Made by a program: the position numbers and the translations under genes. A stretch of DNA of 64,000 nt from positions 32,001-96,000 of IMG/VR virus record IMGVR_UViG_3300013772_000002. One strand, given 5' to 3'. Origin of the DNA: a virus. Below, piece after piece: positions 38,301-44,851 of the stretch. The notes beneath the pieces are model-generated. The model did no database searches. It worked only from the letters and a program-made list of their open reading frames with translations, and was not told the origin of the DNA. The first letter of the stretch is position 1, and each line of letters opens with the position of its first letter.

Positions 38301-40277
38301 GGTGATAGCCCCCGTAATGCGGACGAGTACGGAGGAGGGAATAACGCGATGCTGCGCGTACCATATGATCACGTCAGCGCGCGGGATCACGGGAGCGACT
38401 ATTCCGGAACCTACGCGCGCGAGGATATCCCGGCTAAGCACGTCGAGTATTACGGCGATGGCGCTTGGAAACCGATGGAACACCATCCCTCCCTCGCCGA
38501 AACGGAGAAATCACTCGCCAAGGCGACGACCTTCTCACTAAAGAATCTGCCGCCCGCCAAGCCGATTCATCACTACCGCCATCGCACCGATAGCGGGCAC
38601 GAGCATCTCGGCGTCGTACCGACCGGCACACCTCATGGCGCGGGCGAACGACCCGAGCACGCTTCACCTGCCTGGCGACTGGCGACGACCGGACATGTCG
38701 ATTTCTCTGGTACGAACCATCAGGATCATCCCCGTCACCACCACACGCTGCTGCCGATTTACCAGGGAGAGCAGGGGCGGCACGACCTTCTCACTCACCA
38801 TCGCTTCGCGGCGCATACCCGTCGCGCGCACGAACAGGGCGAGACGAAGGGATACTGGGATGAGTTGCCGGGACCCGAGGATGTGCCGACCTATGGTGAC
38901 CGCGAGCACGCGGAACATGCCCTGGCGCATTACCGTCAAGCACGCGATACCGCCAAGCACGTGCATCATGCCGCCGATGGTGACGCGCGCCATGCCGACG
39001 CTGCCGGAAAATGGCAACACTACGTCAGCGACCTCTCTGCCCTCCACCACAAACTGACGGGCAAGCATCCTGAACTGGACCTTCTCGAAGGCGATGTCAA
39101 GCGGATGCAGCGCGTTCACCAAATGCTGACATCAATGACCCCTGCCGATCTGGCGCGTGACGCGACAGCGGGCGTCCTTCCCCAGCCGGGCACGACTTTT
39201 CACCTGCACGCCGATCGGTCCGCTTTCGACGACGGTGACGTGGAAGCGCTCGACATGGCTGATAGCGCGATGGCCGGACTCGCTGATGAGATTGGGCGCG
39301 CCATCCCAACGGGAATGCCGCTCGATGCTCGCAAGGGAGAGCGCGTCCGTACCGCGCGTCGCGCCTGGTTGCAACTGGCGCGAGATTTGAAGCGCCAGAG
39401 CGCGCTTCGTCACCATGTCGCGGATACCGGACGCGCGCCACACGAGTCACTTTGGCACGATCTCGAAACGCCAGGTTCAGGAACGCCCTTTTACCGCCTT
39501 TCCCAAGGAGCGCTCAATCGCAACGTCGATCGCCTCTTGCCCCAGCGTCGCCAACAGGATGCCGAACGCGCCTTGGGCATGACGTTCGCGCAGTTCGTCG
39601 CGGAGAAAATGCGCGATACCGGAACGCAGGCGCCGCCCGAATTGGCGTCGATGAAACTGATTCAGTACTGCGACAAGATGCGCCCTGTCCATGGTGGCTC
39701 GCTCGATCAGTTGCGACAAATACTCGCCCAGGGCGCTTTCGATATTCTTGGCACACAAGATCGCTCGGGCATCTCACACGCGACGCTCTCCGGCGATGAG
39801 GAAGCGTCCGGATTGGAGAACGCGGTTTTCCTCCAGGACGGTCCGCCCCATGGCGACCCGGAGTATATTGCCGTCTTTCACCCGCGCGTTCTCAGCCTCC
39901 ACGGCGCGGTTGCGATCCCGATCAATCATGTCTCGCTCGATTCCGGAAAGACTCTTCCACTCGATAACTTGCTCGTTTCTTGCGCCGACCGAGCCATTCG
40001 TGGTAAGATTATGATAGCCCTTGGCATTATGCCTGCTATTCTCGCCGGGCGCTGGGACGACCTCACCTCCGGCGCTTGGGCCGATCACGCGGGTTTGTGG
40101 TATGCCTTCCCCTTCGGCATCGCCCTCTCTGACATCACCCACTTGATTCTCGCACCCGGCACGGACGCTGACCGGGTTGCCGATATTACGCGACACGCTC
40201 ATGCCGCCTCCCACACCATTGAAGTAACGACGGGTCGCTACGCGGACGTCGTGACGCTGACCGCGGAGCGCAAGTGA
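29364..40277 (+). CDS. 3637-aa polyvalent protein: multiple ART-like domains, 2H phosphoesterase, PGDYG pair, GNAT-like domain
   Basis: 10.9-kb ORF with GGGAGG RBS; YHGT..GPG.Y.TD....A.GYA...GYD x2, HITL x2, GDY x2, LYH.T...L.SI..HGL. Confidence 0.85.
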   Translation: MPVTPSTIPPNNVPVRLAANAAQGTAPTMGQIHGISNDLKLVPSPNAGKTDLTPGVPGGMVPKLALNLPQRPRITADPVEDQPSANAFPVAGGGSPPPPAGSAVHRAVPRLFGGLNNANDLRLDYAAAVRHPDGDWFADGGYAPPRVTDDPLANRAYGAQRAAAHTSVAQGAPAAWVGPDGAVGHGISLHDREGNLIGHTMRHYHDDGAGGIATRMHPMTLAPGINPAVAHQHAHAEDQWLRGHGVTRKERSVGAGQEAHDAAREGYDFASPAQGYNATQRYHRYLMERGHTRAMNEWQDRLAAEGRDAMTPNEIVTHAPFQTQVTQRGENGHAEDFPTVGAGTAYMLEHQQPYEAVQDFDSPGDRIGVAQRAVEMSKSLAPPPMPKIDVHAEPPRGAYRIPPVPKPAPAQPKAAEPWHGTAERAAATWRSPTPEPEGWGKPKPPPESVTGPAVHGATPYANVTPTHIPHEPDAPPVHQMTQAEFLKTGHLLYPSSEDNGYGNTARMRLTPEIGGNLNRYAEEVGGASVRGRHRKAGNSDPTGGGRPPEHAAIQTERRADLRAAMEKHGVLWHHDEQGNPQRIDNLDALPEHIHDNGNIFAFPPDAPKQDAKTVWGSGFRADQGHSPYSDEPDTSEDMTDSYTAGHHGKVVDHNFLFDADDDFEENEHEGTPKKPAPDPKVVLARRDMIGNNGKKVHANLVRAALMHGDEHVPDSVLADYPGLREKVDAERLEKFRPQMEYNATLRPHLDDFAVKARKFIQNSVDKKMEGHLAAVKRDKPNHIPEYGDFDTHPSASDRRLAALDYETVAPFDVPDAHAAMESWPKGARELPKVGQLAKHYDAHAALTRHHSGADLYHYTVSPGHFSDFQPERKTEYEPETSSRNATYLAETPFGAATGGRGGSENPDPYWGDVPPAHSSPPPTLPLVGHPERRDYSHPGTRVFAVKHHGLRTLGEDIPKHPIANEAEWHSHRALIRRLAEKRDAIKDPKVRERAKELIEQHRLGLDGHVDATQFAMRWHDAENPLTQAAAKALGYNNLIVADETGHSSAVMDQSKIKVGQPVASILRAYEPGDLAKTLVHSLAPNAKKNDETWRDLVTLRELGKDELDEHIARHQGITKSVPVARPGTAAQIPTPTSPPHIPTLPTQTATPIPKHTSTISPPDAPGETLGKPPKDERSMAQYLNFKDLYHGTGMPHLEPSILDSKKVSAGSLFGPGIYLTDNPTVAQGYARDSEGKTGYEYPTVYHGKTNLRRVLDLEQPAPRRVRTLFRRAAAKVPAGHHASYPEGQMADALIDPATKTEDLYRHLLNAHSYVPHSDADHPYRQVNDELARMGYDGLTHMGGGRRGGGNMHRVAIVLDPQGRNRKRVAISVKKLIPQFQGNEASPYPNLQYGADAVKRKRAYIEDLHETARDFRQSPDVWSVPSGQPRYLREALDAVKTRHDPHDTMPDGYDPRRLLAQQGGMYDWARNTLAGGKLTGNDAHFPHDHDLLWGHSIVADKGKGGPEQAENYDAHRDESQNALRREAHPWLAQRIMEAAKRDKWFTPPDEEATKTLSGGLADMLLKALVHTPSSPTPPSIDQAPHSARLTAQYAADPTQMTRAQFRAPPPVAPEGRRMLYHAVRDPAVIPNIINEGLDPTRARSDMDGGSNVIWSAASRTGYGPEAHKVAFHVPEDDRSVERAGGPGEDAHYRVTRPILPHEIAQVDRPYHTAVSGGNTLGAQRASHYADAYHEHIIQEALDRGDPVPEHVRAEYPHLSPPDKEPTTWRDNVNLTPLGDDELNEHIARHAELNKSIPQAPPGTAATLPPPKPPPTTTPTPTTPMVPRKVSPAKTDWRSLETPQSEERAMAQRLNRTDFYHGTGMPHLEPTNLDSGKTKASGLYGPGVYMTDNPTVAQGYAKDSRGKAGSEFPVVYHGKTNFRRVLDADREAPRHVRDIFRKVAKPFTDDVDTDAEKYETFDGHLNDPTTPTTKLYRALRPMIEDVDDYSEEDHPFRQVNRALASHGYDAITHLGGGIRGNVRHRVAIALDPQREDRQRPVSPIKKLEPKFQEGDASHYPNLNYSSTLHQKYLDELHATARDFRYPGSAPDAGDATDVTDALSRVKYKHDPGNTAPESVDDRGVSMTTKLRRRARLYHWAREIEEQGHDADLPFDDAQVPNEHGMLSGHGVVSHDNPDEEQVREYENKRQEGDHFRGQPSYLRMGAHPWLANRIMETAKRDKWFEPPKVEATKSFAELLLKTFVHTPLTAPSGLSGRSFATVLVTSLDGNHEIRKASVPPPPASVPASTVVAHNTNWFRRPSGETGTTATKTAAIKAQGGLTLTGNNKAPMTQEFNRRLGRAPESLFTTRTGDNTLDTMRENGIRPEASLAEHADAFRDKLYLGIPHDTYGRLKVDDMWSLPSTRGASQNPEAIASDRRVYEQNRRPLAAHDAFHRGVNPKHGGIREYNEIPIDRTAHPSGHFPLDHLAFGHDIVEGALAEDPQTTVHDYLHKHLAPHLAERFGYQLPAHDISALAGLDDSDFSGVQYDYNGRSPLPIDHWDGEELPQGIKDLGWHTPQVEKSFAKSNAAQTGVMIGLWVPKEAAEKLAMPDGEESDELHITLAYLGKLGEDVDQQTVTRMTNAVRRWAANQSPFVGHVEDGGRFPASEGSDGKDVLFAVPEIDGLREARTDLCRQLKKAKIEWKQDHGFTPHITLAYVDQGGKWPADGPAETQLTFTHVTVCAGPDRTAIPFKGIAKVHKDGAIGEGWGTYKKTGAVKAEKMDAAFTVATKEGKASGKAGDYRVTGIDGEQWPIPATDLSRFYRPTKEAGVYRSVGTPVRAKKMTETFTVKIDNGEQLHGKIGDYLIEGKDGARWVVDSHIFARTYEAVTGVSLAKTLIHAMSGSSTPAVQRSPTTPIAAPAPAMSPKAENVNYASLPKEHPFWEGSDDHLYHSTPADNLPSIARHGLHTNIPFNDYEDDENPDAPGAWPEGGSEPRTYFGDSPRNADEYGGGNNAMLRVPYDHVSARDHGSDYSGTYAREDIPAKHVEYYGDGAWKPMEHHPSLAETEKSLAKATTFSLKNLPPAKPIHHYRHRTDSGHEHLGVVPTGTPHGAGERPEHASPAWRLATTGHVDFSGTNHQDHPRHHHTLLPIYQGEQGRHDLLTHHRFAAHTRRAHEQGETKGYWDELPGPEDVPTYGDREHAEHALAHYRQARDTAKHVHHAADGDARHADAAGKWQHYVSDLSALHHKLTGKHPELDLLEGDVKRMQRVHQMLTSMTPADLARDATAGVLPQPGTTFHLHADRSAFDDGDVEALDMADSAMAGLADEIGRAIPTGMPLDARKGERVRTARRAWLQLARDLKRQSALRHHVADTGRAPHESLWHDLETPGSGTPFYRLSQGALNRNVDRLLPQRRQQDAERALGMTFAQFVAEKMRDTGTQAPPELASMKLIQYCDKMRPVHGGSLDQLRQILAQGAFDILGTQDRSGISHATLSGDEEASGLENAVFLQDGPPHGDPEYIAVFHPRVLSLHGAVAIPINHVSLDSGKTLPLDNLLVSCADRAIRGKIMIALGIMPAILAGRWDDLTSGAWADHAGLWYAFPFGIALSDITHLILAPGTDADRVADITRHAHAASHTIEVTTGRYADVVTLTAERK
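32634..34076 (+). repeat. intragenic duplication copy 1 (~480 aa)
   Basis: TWRD...EHIARH...KS through AHPWLA.RIME.AKRDKWF...LLK..VHTP; collinear with copy 2. Confidence 0.9.
34656..36098 (+). repeat. intragenic duplication copy 2
   Basis: Same ordered motifs as 32634-34076, e.g. YHGTGMPHLEP and TDNPTVAQGYA identical. Confidence 0.9.
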
Positions 40278-40597
40278 TCCCGTTTGACGAGAAAACATCA
40301 TTGACTGATTTGAGGGAGCTTTACCCGGACCCCCCTCATAATTTGGTGGTATCTTCGCCGCCCTTAATACATCATGGCTACTTTCTCGGTCACGCGACGG
40401 TTTGTGTTCCCGCTCTCAAAGAATGCCTGGAGATCGCGAAGAAACGCGGCGACCAGGCCGCCGTCGCGCACCTACGCGCCCATGCTCAGGCATATGCCAA
40501 GTGGAAGAAAGAGCGCACCGATGCGCGCTCAGTCCAGGAGTCGGCAACGCGCCGCTCCACCGGACCACGCCCCCAAACGATGCCGTCTGGCATCTAG
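40274..40597 (+). CDS. hypothetical protein
   Basis: GTGA overlap with giant ORF, GGAG RBS. Confidence 0.5.
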   Translation: MIPFDEKTSLTDLRELYPDPPHNLVVSSPPLIHHGYFLGHATVCVPALKECLEIAKKRGDQAAVAHLRAHAQAYAKWKKERTDARSVQESATRRSTGPRPQTMPSGI

Positions 40598-40623
40598 TCC
40601 CGCATTCCCGCAGCGAGGTTTGA

Positions 40624-43600
40624 ATGGTAACGAAACGATCGCCTGTGGACGATCTTGGAAAAAATCCAGATACGTCCCCCGACTACAGCGCGTACGGTCG
40701 CTGGGGGAAACAGCTCACTGACGAGCCGTTTCAAATAAGCCGTCATGGCAAAGGCGGTGTTCCCCATTTCGATCCGGACAACAATGTCTCTTATGACAAA
40801 CCTGCCCAGGGACATAAGCCCAAACCAATTGTGGACCCAGCCGGCAAGACCGTCAAACTCGGCAACGACCAGCATGGCTTTCTGCAGGTCTTTCAGCAGG
40901 CGGCACTGAAAACGGGCGTGACCGTGCCCACTCACGTGCTCGTCCTGATGAGTGATGCCGCGAACGCCGCCGCCAAGACGAGCGTTGACGATTTGCGCGC
41001 CCACATGGAGCGCGGCACCAAGGGCGCCCATCGGGAACATGCTCGGACGCGGATGTATAACGAGCCCTTCCTAGCGGCGTTGAAGGTCGGCGAACAGCAC
41101 CTGCAAGGTCAGGACTTGCGCAAATTGATGACGCGTGCCGCCGGTGGGTTTCGTGATGGGGCATCACATAGTCTCTCCGACGGTACCGAGTCGCCGATTC
41201 CCCTTCCCCTCGCTTCGGTTGCTCGTCATCACCTGACAGGTGGTGAACGGCGGGATGGTCTGGACGTCAAGGACATCCTCGATGAGCGCGACAAACCCTT
41301 CCATGACGGTCTGAAGAAGTACCAGAAGGCGAGCGAGGCGGCGGCCAAGAATCCCGCCTCCACCGCGCATATGCAAGCGGCTGCCGCGCATCGCTCTTCG
41401 CTCGGTGAACTGGGTAAGCACCACACCGATCATCTCAATCAATTGCGTCAGCGTACCAAGGATGAGGACGCGAAGCGACCCGCCGCCGAAAAGGAGCAGC
41501 GCTCTCGCGAGGTCGCCGGGCAATGGGATCAGGAAGCGGACGCGAACCTGCAACCAATGAGCGACCAGGAATTGGCTTCATTAAAAGAAGTTGTCCAGCG
41601 TCTCGTCGCTGATCCGTCGCAGTTCGCCGAGGTGAACGCACTACCGAACGCGGCACAGGGCGGTAAGGCGCACGACTCGGGACGCGCTTCCATCGTCCGC
41701 GCCCTCGAAGAGGCGGTTAAGTCGGAATCGGCTCGCCCACCCGATCAGCGTACTCCTGCCGAGACCCTGATCGCGCGCACGCTCGTTCGTGCCATGGCAC
41801 CGCGTGCGAATGCACATATCAGTCGTGCCGAGAAGACGGGTGAGGCGAAGAACTACCACGTGCTTGCTCACCGAGACATTCATACCGATCGGCATGCGAT
41901 CGCGCGCGCGATCGTCGAGTCCGCGCACAATACGCCGGATCAATCAATATGCGCGATCATGCATCTCGACGCTTATAGGGTCGCTCGCTATATCACTGCC
42001 AGCCTCCCCGGACCCGACGATATGCTCCGCCATCTGACCGAGCAAGGGCGCGTGAAGCCGAAACCACCCGACGCCAAGGACCCAAAATTGATGCCCGGCG
42101 GTAAAAAGCCAGGCGCGAGTGGTGATCCGAAAACTGCCGGAGCAGGCGTACCTCCACTCATCCTCAAGGCGAACAACGTCCCTTTTCTAAAAGCCTCCGG
42201 GTGGGAGGGTGCCGACCAATGGTCGCGTTCACGCCCCCGCTCCGGAGGCGGTAAGCCGACCCTCTATCGCGATCAGCGTCCCGCCAACCTTGGCGCCGTC
42301 CAAGTTGACGCATCAAACTCAACGCCGGTCCGCAATGCGCTCGGACGTGGATTCGATGATGACCAGGCAATGCGCGACGCACGCGACACTTTCAACACGA
42401 TGCGGGACAAACATCTTTCCCAGCCATTGAGCGCGCGTGACGATTCGCACATTCCCGAGATGGTTGCACACGGTACCGACCTCCTCCATGGCCCGATGGC
42501 GCCGATGCGCCGCCAGATGAACAAGATCGGCGGTCCTGAACTCGTCCACCGCTTCCTGACCCACTATGGAGCACATCCACGCGACAGTTACGACGAGACG
42601 ATGCCGCACAAACACTTCGATGACCACGTCGGTCGCGCGGCGGGCAATGCAATCGCCGATCATCTCTATGATGAGGAGTATGGCAAGGCACGGCAGGGCG
42701 CGGAGGACGATTATACCGCGCGACGAGACTCGCACAAAATATCTCCTGATACCCAGAAGGAAATTGATGATGTCCATCGCCGCTACTCCAATCCTGGCAG
42801 CAGCACCGACTGGACGCGCAAGGTTCGCTTGCATGAGAAAGAGGCTCATATCAACAACATTATTCGTAACCAGTCAGCGACAGAACCTGGCGTTAATGAG
42901 ACTGGGGGACAAAAGTTTCTGCGCGAACTTCGTGACTCGACGCGCGGTCAGATGGACGTGATGACGCGTTCGGCCCGTAATCCCGCTACCGCGATTTTTG
43001 GTGATCTTGGCGGTCGTGCAATGGATGCCGTTCAACGCGGCATTGACTTGCGTCGCGCACACAAAACCGCGCTCGATGCCGTCAAGAAACGGATGAATGG
43101 ACTCTATTCGCGCGCTGAGGCCGAGCAATCAGCGCCTGCGTTTACGCCGACCGCCCCGTCGGGTGGTGGACCCGTCGGTGGTAAGACGTCCAATTATAGC
43201 CGGACTGGACCGATGGTGCCGACGACGCGGCGGTATGGCGGACAAAAACGCGCGGAACCCGTGGTCGAACAACCGCCTGCGCGCATTCTCCGTGACCCGC
43301 GCGCCATGACTCGAGCGGGCATGAACGGGTCTAATGCGCCGACGCTTTCCCCCGAACGTGTCGTACGCGATCCGCGTGCAATGACGCGCCAGGGTGAATC
43401 AGATACCCCATCGATCGCCAGCAACGGTGCGACGCCAATGGTGCCTGCCGCGCGCGCGCACGTAGAATCACCGACCGAGTCCGTTACGAACGTCGATCCA
43501 GCGAAGACGCAGATGCGTTCCCTGGATGACGGCACCAACGCGCGCCCAGAGGCACAGCCCGTTCGTCGCGCATTGCCCGTCGGCGGCGGCGGGCACGGCG

Positions 43601-44841
43601 GCTCCGACGGGCGGTTCATCGCTGACACCCTCGCTACCCTCTCCCGATACGCCAACGCGACCGGAAATCCTGCGAGGCATCGGACACCCGGCGGCGCCGA
43701 CGCGCGCCTAGCCGCCAACGCGCGCGAGAACGCCAACGCGCGCCTAGAGGAACAGCCTGTTCGTCGCGCTAACCCGCACGTCGCCGCACCGCCCGACGTA
43801 GGGCGTGGTGACGATCCAACTGGGGAGATCACCGAGGGCGTTCCTCCAACGAATGCCCCTTCCCCAGGCGGGTCGCCACCAATGGACGCGACACCAACAT
43901 TGGCCGCCGATCCGCCCGCCGCGACTCCCAATCGCGCGCGGGAGTGGGCAGACTCGATGCTTTCCGGCAAGGGGCGGCGCGTTACGGTCCCACAACACGT
44001 GCGTCAGGCTGCCAACGATCTGGGCGTCCCGTACGATCCGAACTTGACTGCACGAGAGTTTGCGAAACTCATTCGTGACGGCGAAGGTGGTGCGGTGACG
44101 TCGGGCGCAACGCCAACACTGACCACCACCCCGCCACCTTCGCCTCTCGCCGCGCCGTCATCTACCGCCGACAGTGGATCGACCGTCCAGGGAAAACGCG
44201 CACGAGATATTGCGACCGGAGTAGTCCCTGTTCCCACTCCACCCGTCATCAGTGGCGCGAACTTGACTGGCAGGGATGCAAGGGATGCATACGGCCAAAG
44301 CCAGGAAGTCGCCACTCACAAGAAACTTGGTACCTATGTCCTTCACCCCCACGAGGACGGCTATCGGATCAGTCGAGATGATGGCAGTGAGCCGATGAGT
44401 CTCAAAGCCATCAAGGGGCACGACGTCTTCCCGACCAAGGAAGAAGCACTCGATCACTTCCAGTCAGCCAAGGGACACATCCCCGGTTACAATCTCTCGC
44501 ATTCTTACTTCGGCGATACCGCTGCACCGGAGGACGATGAAGAGCCTACATCACCACCGCCTGCTCCCGCCACACCACCGCCCCCGCCATCTGCACCGAC
44601 ACCTACCCAAGAGCCGACCATTCCGCCTCCCGCGCCACCATCCAGTTTCGACTATAGCGACGTTAACGTTCCACGACGCTCGTTGCGCGCCGGTACTCCG
44701 ATTACAACGTCATCGACCCCGGAACCACCTGAATCAAAAGCCCCGAAAGTAGTAAAGCCAAAGAGCTACAGTGTTGCAGATTTGCTCGCCGCTAAGAGCA
44801 TGACCCCGATGCTCACCTACGACCGTATGCCTCACGCATAG
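40624..44841 (+). CDS. 1405-aa putative head-internal/ejected protein, largely low complexity
   Basis: Long ORF; ILKA/FLKA/AAKS motifs; internal repeats RDPRAMTR x2 and NAR.E.QPVRRA x2. Confidence 0.75.
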   Translation: MVTKRSPVDDLGKNPDTSPDYSAYGRWGKQLTDEPFQISRHGKGGVPHFDPDNNVSYDKPAQGHKPKPIVDPAGKTVKLGNDQHGFLQVFQQAALKTGVTVPTHVLVLMSDAANAAAKTSVDDLRAHMERGTKGAHREHARTRMYNEPFLAALKVGEQHLQGQDLRKLMTRAAGGFRDGASHSLSDGTESPIPLPLASVARHHLTGGERRDGLDVKDILDERDKPFHDGLKKYQKASEAAAKNPASTAHMQAAAAHRSSLGELGKHHTDHLNQLRQRTKDEDAKRPAAEKEQRSREVAGQWDQEADANLQPMSDQELASLKEVVQRLVADPSQFAEVNALPNAAQGGKAHDSGRASIVRALEEAVKSESARPPDQRTPAETLIARTLVRAMAPRANAHISRAEKTGEAKNYHVLAHRDIHTDRHAIARAIVESAHNTPDQSICAIMHLDAYRVARYITASLPGPDDMLRHLTEQGRVKPKPPDAKDPKLMPGGKKPGASGDPKTAGAGVPPLILKANNVPFLKASGWEGADQWSRSRPRSGGGKPTLYRDQRPANLGAVQVDASNSTPVRNALGRGFDDDQAMRDARDTFNTMRDKHLSQPLSARDDSHIPEMVAHGTDLLHGPMAPMRRQMNKIGGPELVHRFLTHYGAHPRDSYDETMPHKHFDDHVGRAAGNAIADHLYDEEYGKARQGAEDDYTARRDSHKISPDTQKEIDDVHRRYSNPGSSTDWTRKVRLHEKEAHINNIIRNQSATEPGVNETGGQKFLRELRDSTRGQMDVMTRSARNPATAIFGDLGGRAMDAVQRGIDLRRAHKTALDAVKKRMNGLYSRAEAEQSAPAFTPTAPSGGGPVGGKTSNYSRTGPMVPTTRRYGGQKRAEPVVEQPPARILRDPRAMTRAGMNGSNAPTLSPERVVRDPRAMTRQGESDTPSIASNGATPMVPAARAHVESPTESVTNVDPAKTQMRSLDDGTNARPEAQPVRRALPVGGGGHGGSDGRFIADTLATLSRYANATGNPARHRTPGGADARLAANARENANARLEEQPVRRANPHVAAPPDVGRGDDPTGEITEGVPPTNAPSPGGSPPMDATPTLAADPPAATPNRAREWADSMLSGKGRRVTVPQHVRQAANDLGVPYDPNLTAREFAKLIRDGEGGAVTSGATPTLTTTPPPSPLAAPSSTADSGSTVQGKRARDIATGVVPVPTPPVISGANLTGRDARDAYGQSQEVATHKKLGTYVLHPHEDGYRISRDDGSEPMSLKAIKGHDVFPTKEEALDHFQSAKGHIPGYNLSHSYFGDTAAPEDDEEPTSPPPAPATPPPPPSAPTPTQEPTIPPPAPPSSFDYSDVNVPRRSLRAGTPITTSSTPEPPESKAPKVVKPKSYSVADLLAAKSMTPMLTYDRMPHA

Positions 44842-44851
44842 GAGAAGACCC

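Noticed and set aside
29364-40277. Giant ORF as tape measure, tail fibre or virion RNA polymerase
   Set aside because: No helical tape-measure repeats, fibre repeats or RNAP DxDGD motif; its position is head-associated
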